Positions 47,477 through 54,966 of a DNA stretch of 64,000 bases are shown piece after piece. The notes below the pieces were generated by a model, which did not search any database, was not told the origin of the DNA, and saw only the letters and a program-made list of their open reading frames with translations. Numbering within the stretch: the stretch's first letter is position 1; the number at the start of each line of letters is the position of its first letter. Made by a program: the position numbers and the translations under genes. Source of the stretch: Candidatus Tayloriibacteriota bacterium (GTDB lineage: Bacteria > Patescibacteriota > Minisyncoccia > Phycocordibacterales > CAIRYW01); assembly GCA_028286725.1 (NCBI GenBank), contig JAQBQZ010000007.1:7262-71261 (forward strand). Reading direction: 5' to 3'.

Positions 47477-48410
47477 TAAGTTCTTTGTAATGTGTTTTGT
47501 AGAACTCGTAAGCATTTTTGAGTCCTTTTTCAAATGATGTTTTTGGCTTCCATCCAAGTGCTTTGATCTTTTGCACATCCAAAAGCTTTCGCGGAGTGCC
47601 GTTTGGTTTTGTAGTATCCCATAGAATCTTCCCTTTAAATCCTGTCATTTCTTTCATCTTTTGTGCGAGAGATTTAATTGACATATCAACACCTGATCCA
47701 AGGTTTATGATCCCTGGGCCATTGAATTTGTTCATGAGAAATACGAATCCTTCCGCAGCATCATCAATATAGAGAAATTCTCGCTTTGGCGTACCATCCC
47801 CAAATAGAGTGATCTCTTTTTTATTATTTAAAATTGCATCATGGAATTTGCGGATAAGCGAAGGAATAACATGGCTTGTGACAGGATCAAAGTTATCAAA
47901 TGGTCCATAAAGATTGGTAGGCATTACTGCTATAAAATTCGTTCCATATTGCTTGTTGTATGCATCGCACATCTTGATACCTGCGATCTTTGCTATTGCA
48001 TATGCGTCATTTGTTTCTTCTAAGGCGCTCGTCATGAGATATTCTTCTTTGATCGGCTGCTTTGCAAATTTTGGATAGATGCATGAACTGCCGAGAAAAA
48101 GAAGTTTCTTGACTTCTGCTTTGTACGCGCTATGTATGACTACGTTTTGGATCTTCAGGTTATCAAAAATAAAATCTGCAGGATTATTTTTGTTTGCTAT
48201 TATTCCACCGACTTTTGCTGCAGCAAGAAATACATACTCGGGCTTTTCTTTGTTAAAATAGGCGAGAGTCGCTTTTTCATCCATAAGATCAACTTCTTTA
48301 TGAGTAGGGGCGAGGACATTGGTATAGCCTTTTCTTTTGAGTTCACGGATAATAGCGCTTCCAACAAGTCCGCTTCCTCCAGCGACAAATATTTTTGAAT
48401 CTTTTTTCAT
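47466..48410 (-). CDS. fcl: GDP-L-fucose synthase (GDP-4-keto-6-deoxy-D-mannose 3,5-epimerase/4-reductase)
   Basis: 314 aa SDR. KIFVAGGSGLVGSAI, catalytic YxxxK (YAIAK), and typical Fcl length and pattern. Confidence 0.9.
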   Translation of the reverse strand: MKKDSKIFVAGGSGLVGSAIIRELKRKGYTNVLAPTHKEVDLMDEKATLAYFNKEKPEYVFLAAAKVGGIIANKNNPADFIFDNLKIQNVVIHSAYKAEVKKLLFLGSSCIYPKFAKQPIKEEYLMTSALEETNDAYAIAKIAGIKMCDAYNKQYGTNFIAVMPTNLYGPFDNFDPVTSHVIPSLIRKFHDAILNNKKEITLFGDGTPKREFLYIDDAAEGFVFLMNKFNGPGIINLGSGVDMSIKSLAQKMKEMTGFKGKILWDTTKPNGTPRKLLDVQKIKALGWKPKTSFEKGLKNAYEFYKTHYKELNER

Positions 48411-48413
48411 TGG

Positions 48414-49466
48414 TTATTGTGTTTTAACTTTAAGTTCTTGTTCTGCGAGCTTCATATCAGAATCGATCATTATTTTGACCAAGTCTTCGAATTTTGTCTT
48501 TGGTTCCCATCCAAGCTTTTCTTTAGCTTTTGCCGGATCACCAATAAGGAGATCAACTTCTGCTGGTCTAAAATATGCAGGATCAATCTCGAGGATTGTT
48601 TTTTGTGTTTTTGTATCAATTGCTTTTTCTTCAACACCCTGACCTTGCCATTCGATATTCATATCAAGATGCTTCGCAGCAATATTTACGAACTCTCGGA
48701 CTGAATGAGTTTCGTTTGTTGCAAGAAGGAAGTCATCGGGCATTTCTGCTTGAAGCATAAGCCACGCGCCTTCCATGTAATCTTTTGCAAATCCCCAGTC
48801 TCTTTTTGAATCAATATTTCCAAGGAAAAGCGTTTCTTGAAGTCCTAGCTTGATTCTCGTCAGTGCTCGCGTAATCTTTCGTGTTACGAAAGTCTCGCCT
48901 CGCCGAGGAGATTCGTGGTTGAATAGAATTCCGTTAACAGCAAACATGTTATAGCTCTCACGATAGTTTTTTGTGATCCAGTACGCGTAGACCTTTGCGC
49001 ATCCATAGGGAGATCGCGGGTAAAACGGAGTAGTTTCCTTTTGAGGAATCTCTTGGACAAGTCCAAACATTTCTGATGATGATGCTTGATAGAACTTGAT
49101 CTTTTTTTTACTTTCTCTAATCGCATCAAGAATACGGAGCGTACCCAAGCCGTCAATATCAGACGTGTATTCTGGCATATCAAAACTTACCTTTACGTGG
49201 CTTTGAGCGCCTAGATTGTAGACTTCGTCAGGCTGGATCTTCTCGATAAGACGAGAAATGTTGCTAGAGTCGGAGAGGTCGCCATAATGCAAGAAAAATT
49301 TCACATCTTTGCTGTGTCTGTCTTGATAAATATGATTGATACGCTCAGTATTGAATGATGACGATCTGCGAACAATGCCATGTACCTCATATCCCTTTTC
49401 AAGTAATATATCCGCAAGATATGACCCGTCTTGGCCGGTAATTCCTGTTATCAAAGCTTTTTTCAT
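48414..49466 (-). CDS. gmd: GDP-mannose 4,6-dehydratase
   Basis: [43 protein letters not shown] is the canonical Gmd N-terminus. Catalytic YxxxK region [10 protein letters not shown]. Confidence 0.9.
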   Translation of the reverse strand: MKKALITGITGQDGSYLADILLEKGYEVHGIVRRSSSFNTERINHIYQDRHSKDVKFFLHYGDLSDSSNISRLIEKIQPDEVYNLGAQSHVKVSFDMPEYTSDIDGLGTLRILDAIRESKKKIKFYQASSSEMFGLVQEIPQKETTPFYPRSPYGCAKVYAYWITKNYRESYNMFAVNGILFNHESPRRGETFVTRKITRALTRIKLGLQETLFLGNIDSKRDWGFAKDYMEGAWLMLQAEMPDDFLLATNETHSVREFVNIAAKHLDMNIEWQGQGVEEKAIDTKTQKTILEIDPAYFRPAEVDLLIGDPAKAKEKLGWEPKTKFEDLVKIMIDSDMKLAEQELKVKTQ

Positions 49467-49543
49467 AAGCCAAAGTCTAGCATCCTTTTGTTAAATTATC
49501 TAGAAGATTTTGAGATAAGTTAAGGCTTATATATAATAGATAA

Positions 49544-49996
49544 ATGAAAAAAAAAGGAGTTGAAAAAGTGGTGGCGGTAAGCGGGGGATTTGATCCGATC
49601 CATATTGGGCATATTCGAATGTTCGAAGAGGCGAGAAGACTTGGAGATAAGCTTGTAGTGATCTTGAACAATGATAACTGGCTCCAGAAGAAGAAAGGAT
49701 ATGTCTTTATGGATGAAAAAGAGAGAAAAGAGATATTGTTGTCGCTTCGATCGGTTGATGAGGTGGTTATTACGAAACATAAAAAAAATACAACCGACAT
49801 GAGTGTTTGTGATGCATTAAGAGCAGTAAAGCCTGATATTTTTGCAAACGGAGGTGATAGGACAAAGAAAAATATTCCAGAGATACCGGTCTGTAAAGAG
49901 ATTGGCTCTAAAATGGTCTTTTCTGTTGGAAAAGGTGGAAAAGTGCAGTCGAGCTCCTGGCTCGTCAACAAAAGTGTGAACCTAAGACAAAAATAA
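49544..49996 (+). CDS. cytidylyltransferase-like nucleotidyltransferase (HldC / RfaE-domain-II-like sugar-phosphate nucleotidyltransferase)
   Basis: 150 aa. VVAVSGGFDPIHIGHIRMFEEARRLGDKLVVIL carries the HxGH motif. C-terminal part resembles RfaE domain II. Confidence 0.7.
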   Translation: MKKKGVEKVVAVSGGFDPIHIGHIRMFEEARRLGDKLVVILNNDNWLQKKKGYVFMDEKERKEILLSLRSVDEVVITKHKKNTTDMSVCDALRAVKPDIFANGGDRTKKNIPEIPVCKEIGSKMVFSVGKGGKVQSSSWLVNKSVNLRQK

Positions 49997-50018
49997 TCGC
50001 TAAATAAATACCTAAAAT

Positions 50019-50130
50019 AGCTTGAACCCTCATAATCCAAAATTTTGGTAAAAAACCAAGTTTCGTCGGTCGCCATACCACAGGTATGCCTCCCTCCTCA
50101 TCCTTTGTTTTTTCCTTCATAATTTTGAAT
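50019..50130. repeat. intergenic repeat family, copy C (shorter and more divergent)
   Basis: GCTTGAACCCTCATAATCCAAAATTTTGGTAAAAAACCAAGTTTCGTCGGTCGCCATACCACAGGTATGCCTCCCTCCTCATCCTTTGTTTTTTCCTTC aligns with copies A and B at ~75% identity. Confidence 0.65.
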
Positions 50131-50225
50131 TATGAGGTGTCCATTATTTTTGACTTAGGTTCAAAAAGTAGTAGTATTTAGACCTACATTAATTATTAAT
50201 TTACTAGCTGTTTATATATTAAAGA

Positions 50226-52586
50226 ATGAATAATTTTATTTTAAAAACGATCAAGATCCTGCTTTGCGCGCTACCTCTCGTTTCGATTGTGGTAGCTGAT
50301 TCGATGTTCTTTCCATTTATTACTGGCAAGGCATTTTTGTTCCGTGTTGCTATTGAGCTCATTACTTGTCTTTATATTGCTCTTGCATTTGCCGATCCTC
50401 GCTTTCGACCAAAGAACAACAAGCTTCTTGTGGCTTTTGGGACTTTTGTAGGAATCATTTTTGTTGCTGATATTTTTGCTGTGGATGCCTCAAAAGCCTT
50501 CTTTAGTAATTTTGAAAGAATGGAAGGGTTCGTACTCTTGGCGCACCTTTTTGCATATTTTCTGGTTCTCATAAATGTCTTCAAAGAAAAGAAAGATTGG
50601 ATAATGATGATTGGATCAAATGTTGCCGTTTCTGTATTTATGACATTCTTTGCATACTTGCAGTTCTTTGGCGGAGCTGTCATCAACCAAGGAGGTGTGC
50701 GACTTGATGGAACACTCGGCAACTCTGCATATATGGCGACATATATGCTCTTCAATATTTTCTTCTTGATCTACCTATGGTTCTCAAATGGCAACAAAGT
50801 TAAAGGGATTAGCGATATTATTATCGGAGGTTCATCACTATATATAGTCTATTATCTCTATGAACTTTCTAAAAAAGGTCTTGATTATAGCCTTGCTGGA
50901 GGAGTTATATTGGCAATTGTGCTCCTTGCGCTGCTTAAAGCGTGCTGGTTTAGGTTTGGAGATACATTCAAAAAATTTGATCACCTTTATGCACTATCGG
51001 TCTATAGTATTTTGATCATTGCTCAAATAATCATTCTTTATTACACGGCAACTCGTGGAGCAATATTGGGACTCATCGGAGGACTTTTGCTCACTGCAAT
51101 AATAATCGCAATCACCGAAAAAGAGCATAGGCATATAAAAAATGTATCAATCGCTGTTATTGCGATTCTCTTTGTTGTTGTTTTTGGATTTATACTTATT
51201 AAAAACACTTCGTTTGTAAAGAACAGTCCGGTACTTACTCGGTTTGCTTCTATCTCTATTGATGACACAAAGACTCAGGCTCGATCAATCATCTGGCCTA
51301 TGGCTATTGATGCATTCAAAGAAAAGCCGGTGCTAGGATGGGGACAAGATAACTTTATAATTGCATTTGCAGAGTACTATAGACCAGAAATGATTCGTCA
51401 CGAGCCGTGGTTTGACCGAACACATAATGCATTCCTTGATTGGCTGATAGCTGGGGGAATATTAGGATATATTGGATACCTATCGCTGTATGTTTTTGCA
51501 CTTCGAGGACTTTGGAAAAGTGCAATGTTTACGAAAAGAGAGAAAGCTGTTTTGATCGGTTTGTTTTCTGCATATGCATTCCAAAATCTTTTCATCTTCG
51601 ACAACCTCATAAGCTATATGTTGTTTATTCTTCTTCTTGGACTCTCAAATCTTGATGTTAGTACAGAGGAGAGCAAGAAAAATGTTTCTGAAGAGATTGG
51701 TGCGCCGCTACTTGCATCTGTTGTTGTGATATTCGTGATCATTCTTTTGCTTGTAAATTATCGACCATATGAGCAGAATATTACCCTCTCTCAAGGCATC
51801 GGCCAGCAACAAGAAGGTGTAACAAAAAATCTTTCTCTATTAAAACAAGCGCTCTCATATGGTCCAACGGGAGAATTCGAGACAACAGAGCAAATGGATC
51901 GAATTGCTATGGATGTACTCGGCTCAGCTCAAGTAGCAGATCAAGACAAAAATGATTTTGGTCTCGCAACACTCGATGCTCTTAAGGCAGAAGTTGCGAA
52001 GCATCCTAAAGATGTAAGAACTTATATCAATCTTGGTTCATTTGAAGCGGATGTTGGAATGTCTGATGATGCAATTCCTGTTCTTGAACAGGCGAAAGTG
52101 CTTTCTCCAAAAAAGCAGCAAATCTATTTTTCTTTGGCTAAAGCGTATTTCTTGAAGGGGGACAAAGAAAAGGATCAATCATATACAGACAAGGCTCTGG
52201 AAACTCTTAAGTATGCATATGATCTTGCTCCAGGATTCGATGCGCCAAAATTGATCTATGCGCAGTCTCTTGCTGTCACAGGACACATTGCAGAGGGTGT
52301 TGCAATTGCAAAGACAATGGATAATCCAGGGGACTTTACTACTCCCGCAGTCGTGAAGATAATGGTAGAAAACGGACATGCAGACGATGCTGTCTCGGTG
52401 CTTGAAATTGCTATAAAAGCCGATCCTACAAACAAGTCCCTTTATACACTTGTTTCAGATATTTATACATTTAAGAAGGATAAGGCAAAGGCGATTGAGT
52501 GGCTCAAGGCTCTTGAGGTGGCTTTACCGAGCGCAACTGATGAAGCTGAGCAGGATATCGTAAAAGTGAACGCAGCCTTGAAGTAA
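50226..52586 (+). CDS. O-antigen ligase/polymerase (Wzy_C) family membrane protein with C-terminal TPR-like domain
   Basis: 786 aa. About 12 TM helices. A large loop between helices with the RGAILGLIGGLLL pattern typical of the Wzy_C/WaaL/PglL family. Roughly 280 aa of C-terminal soluble alpha-helical repeats. Confidence 0.7.
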   Translation: MNNFILKTIKILLCALPLVSIVVADSMFFPFITGKAFLFRVAIELITCLYIALAFADPRFRPKNNKLLVAFGTFVGIIFVADIFAVDASKAFFSNFERMEGFVLLAHLFAYFLVLINVFKEKKDWIMMIGSNVAVSVFMTFFAYLQFFGGAVINQGGVRLDGTLGNSAYMATYMLFNIFFLIYLWFSNGNKVKGISDIIIGGSSLYIVYYLYELSKKGLDYSLAGGVILAIVLLALLKACWFRFGDTFKKFDHLYALSVYSILIIAQIIILYYTATRGAILGLIGGLLLTAIIIAITEKEHRHIKNVSIAVIAILFVVVFGFILIKNTSFVKNSPVLTRFASISIDDTKTQARSIIWPMAIDAFKEKPVLGWGQDNFIIAFAEYYRPEMIRHEPWFDRTHNAFLDWLIAGGILGYIGYLSLYVFALRGLWKSAMFTKREKAVLIGLFSAYAFQNLFIFDNLISYMLFILLLGLSNLDVSTEESKKNVSEEIGAPLLASVVVIFVIILLLVNYRPYEQNITLSQGIGQQQEGVTKNLSLLKQALSYGPTGEFETTEQMDRIAMDVLGSAQVADQDKNDFGLATLDALKAEVAKHPKDVRTYINLGSFEADVGMSDDAIPVLEQAKVLSPKKQQIYFSLAKAYFLKGDKEKDQSYTDKALETLKYAYDLAPGFDAPKLIYAQSLAVTGHIAEGVAIAKTMDNPGDFTTPAVVKIMVENGHADDAVSVLEIAIKADPTNKSLYTLVSDIYTFKKDKAKAIEWLKALEVALPSATDEAEQDIVKVNAALK

Positions 52587-52675
52587 CTTAAAACTTGCTT
52601 TTTTTCTCGAGGTATGGTACTATATATCTTGTGAGTCGCGGATATATATTCGAGCTCCAAATAAGCAAACATCGA

Positions 52676-52710
52676 CGAAACCACCTGAAAGGGTGGTTTT
52701 GTTTTGTCTT
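52676..52710 (+). terminator. Rho-independent terminator
   Basis: AAACCACC-TGAAAG-GGTGGTTT followed by TGTTTTG. Confidence 0.6.
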
Positions 52711-52720
52711 AATTTTTTTG

Positions 52721-52729
52721 TGATATACT
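52721..52729 (+). promoter_or_regulatory. candidate extended -10 promoter for murB
   Basis: TGaTATACT (TGn plus a TATACT hexamer), ~220 nt upstream of the murB ATG. Confidence 0.3.
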
Positions 52730-52949
52730 ACTATTAATTGTTTCAGGTGATGGCCGATGACTGCACTCACAAAGATGTTTGCTTTTGGAGCCCGCATTCA
52801 TCGGCCATCTCCCGGCGCAATTAAAAAATACTCCGCAAAACATTCTCTCCGAAGCGCGCATAAAATTCTACTGAATTTTTGCTCAGTCTCGGCTACCCGC
52901 CTGCGAAGTCTTCGGATCAAATATTTTGCTCCGCTCAAATGTTAAATTC

Positions 52950-53981
52950 ATGATGCAAGAATCAAAAATAAAAGTACAGACCAAAGTCCCTCTCAGGGGA
53001 CTTTCGACGTTTAAGATTGGGGGCGATGCATCCCACCTTTTTATGCTTGAGAATAAAAAGGATCTCAAAGATGCAGTGGCTTATGCAAAAGAGAACGATC
53101 TCCCAATCTTTGTATTGGGAGGCGGATCAAATATTCTTTTTGCTGACAGTGGTATAAGTGCGTTTGTGATCCAGGTTTTAAATAAAGGAAAGGAATATAA
53201 AAAAATAGATGACCTGCATGTATTAGTGACTGCAGAAGCGGGAGAGACTTGGGATGATTTTGTGAAATGGACAATAGAGAATCATTTTTTTGGACTTGAG
53301 AATCTCTCGTCTATTCCTGGGACTGTTGGTGCATCGCCTGTACAAAATATTGGCGCATATGGAGTAGAAGTAAAAGATCTTATAGAAAGTGTTGAAGTGT
53401 TTAATATTCAAACTTCAGAATATAAGACTCTTACAAATACAGAATGCGCATTTGGATATCGAAATAGTTTTTTCAAGACCGAAGAAGGCAAGAATTTAAT
53501 TGTAGTATCGGTGACATTTACACTTTCTCTCGTACCGAACATAAATATTTCATACAAGGATCTTTCGAATCATTTTAAAGATATAGTACCTACACCATTT
53601 GAGGTTCGTGATGCTGTGATCGAGATTCGAAAGGGGAAATTCCCAGATCTAAATATACACGGCACTGCAGGATCATTCTTTAAGAATATTATTTGTAATG
53701 AATCAGATATTGCAAAACTAAAAGCGGATTATCCTCTAATGCCCGTATATAAAGCAGGTAGCGGGTTTGTGAAAATCTCTACTGCATTCGTGCTTGATAA
53801 GGTCTGCGGGCTTAAAGGATTTCGAATTGGTAATGTGGGATTATATGAGAATCAGTCTCTCGTTGTGGTGAATTATGCTGATGCAACCTCTACAGATGTA
53901 AGAGAATTCATTTCAAAGATAAAATCTATTGTAGAACAAAAAACAGGAATCAGGATTGAAGAAGAAGTAATACTTGCATAA
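52950..53981 (+). CDS. murB: UDP-N-acetylenolpyruvoylglucosamine reductase
   Basis: KVPLRGLSTFKIGGDASHLFML…VLGGGSNILF gives the FAD-binding N-terminal domain. C-terminal MurB domain present. First ATG is at 52950; the annotated 52926 start is a TTG codon. Confidence 0.85.
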   Translation: MMQESKIKVQTKVPLRGLSTFKIGGDASHLFMLENKKDLKDAVAYAKENDLPIFVLGGGSNILFADSGISAFVIQVLNKGKEYKKIDDLHVLVTAEAGETWDDFVKWTIENHFFGLENLSSIPGTVGASPVQNIGAYGVEVKDLIESVEVFNIQTSEYKTLTNTECAFGYRNSFFKTEEGKNLIVVSVTFTLSLVPNINISYKDLSNHFKDIVPTPFEVRDAVIEIRKGKFPDLNIHGTAGSFFKNIICNESDIAKLKADYPLMPVYKAGSGFVKISTAFVLDKVCGLKGFRIGNVGLYENQSLVVVNYADATSTDVREFISKIKSIVEQKTGIRIEEEVILA

Positions 53982-53994
53982 ATATAAAATAAAT

Positions 53995-54031
53995 AAAAAA
54001 CTCCAGATATAACATCTGGAGTTTTTTATTT
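53995..54031 (+). terminator. Rho-independent terminator
   Basis: AAAAAACTCCAGAT-ataac-ATCTGGAGTTTTTT followed by ATTTT. Confidence 0.7.
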
Positions 54032-54129
54032 TAATAATTCGTGTTTTAAATTAATTAAAAAAGTATTTTATAAATAAATTTATTATTTTATTTATAAAAA
54101 TATTTTTTGAAAAAATAAAAATAAAAAAG

Positions 54130-54138
54130 TTATCCACA
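54130..54138 (+). promoter_or_regulatory. perfect consensus DnaA box inside a ~290-bp block of >80% A+T
   Basis: TTATCCACA at 54130-54138. No second perfect box was found. Confidence 0.25.
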
Positions 54139-54418
54139 ACATTTTGAAAAAAAATATTGTGTTAATAAAAAATAAGTTAGATAATTATCTCATCGCTCGA
54201 GAAATAGTTTATGGTCGTAAATTTTTTTTCGAGATTAAAGCTTTAAAAAATAATTTTTTCACTTCGTTCTTTCTCAAATTTAAATAATATTTTTTTTAAG
54301 ATGGTGCGGGGTAACAAATAACATGGCAGCAAAAAAAGTAGCAAAGAAAGGAAAGGCAAAGAAGGCAGCTCCTAAGAAAAAGGCAGCTCCAAAGAAGAAG
54401 GCTAGAATCTAGTCTCTC

Positions 54419-54450
54419 GCAAAACCGTCCGAAAGGGCGGTTTTGTTTTT
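54419..54450 (+). terminator. possible Rho-independent terminator
   Basis: AAAACCGTCC-GAAAG-GGGCGGTTTT followed by GTTTTT. Same design as the 52676 terminator. Contains one G·U pair. Confidence 0.45.
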
Positions 54451-54588
54451 ATCCGCACACTAACTCTGTCATTATTGCACTGTGTTTTTGAGGTTATTTG
54501 TATCTTTTTAAAAAGGTGTGTATTTCCATAAACCAATACTATATTTAAATAAGCAATAAAAACACGATGACAGAGTTAGTGTGCGGAT
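54449..54588. repeat. perfect 22-bp inverted repeat flanking a ~96-bp spacer
   Basis: ATCCGCACACTAACTCTGTCAT at 54449-54470 and ATGACAGAGTTAGTGTGCGGAT at 54567-54588. The stem extends further with GTGTTTTT / AAAAACAC. Confidence 0.8.
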
Positions 54589-54620
54589 GAATTTTAATTA
54601 GTAGACAAAGTAATAATATG

Positions 54621-54632
54621 TGTTAATATACT
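54621..54632 (+). promoter_or_regulatory. candidate extended -10 promoter ahead of the secA leader
   Basis: TGtTAATAT / TATACT, about 335 nt upstream of the secA ATG. Confidence 0.3.
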
Positions 54633-54966
54633 GGCTGGCCTGCACTTTCAATCAAACATTCAATCCATAAGGCCTTACTTAAACCTATGTTGTCTCATCA
54701 CTCCTCATCTCAAGAAAATCAAAATCACTCATCAGATCAAGAAGACTCGGGGCACTCACCTCATGAAGATTCGGTGACAGCAACTAGTTGGGTGTCTGCT
54801 CCTGCTACGGGAGAAGGCATAACTATTTGGCCAAGCACGTTCGAATGGACGCCTTCTGCGGGTTGATGCTTTCATTTCCTCGACTCCCTGAACTGTAATG
54901 GTTCGGGGGTCTTGTGTTATATATTGTCTTCTTAATTTTTAAAATTCTAGTTTCAGTCTCCTTTTT

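Noticed and set aside
49477-50076. 199-aa minus-strand ORF overlapping the cytidylyltransferase gene and repeat copy C
   Set aside because: Antisense to a gene carrying a clear HxGH nucleotidyltransferase motif. Its own sequence is low complexity with no family signal.
52676-54450. Two near-identical terminator hairpins (AAACCACC-TGAAAG-GGTGGTTTTG at 52676 and AAAACCGTCC-GAAAG-GGGCGGTTTTG at 54419) as a separate repeat family
   Set aside because: Only the hairpin and U-tract are shared; the flanks differ. A preferred terminator design (GAAAG loop) is the simpler explanation than a mobile repeat.
54640-54920. RNase P RNA, tmRNA or SRP RNA in the GC-elevated secA upstream region
   Set aside because: The conserved motifs of those RNAs are absent. 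I did not find the P4 GGAAAGUCCGG, a tRNA-like acceptor/T-arm with CCA context, or the SRP domain IV symmetric loop. Only a generic structured-RNA possibility is left as a low-interest finding.
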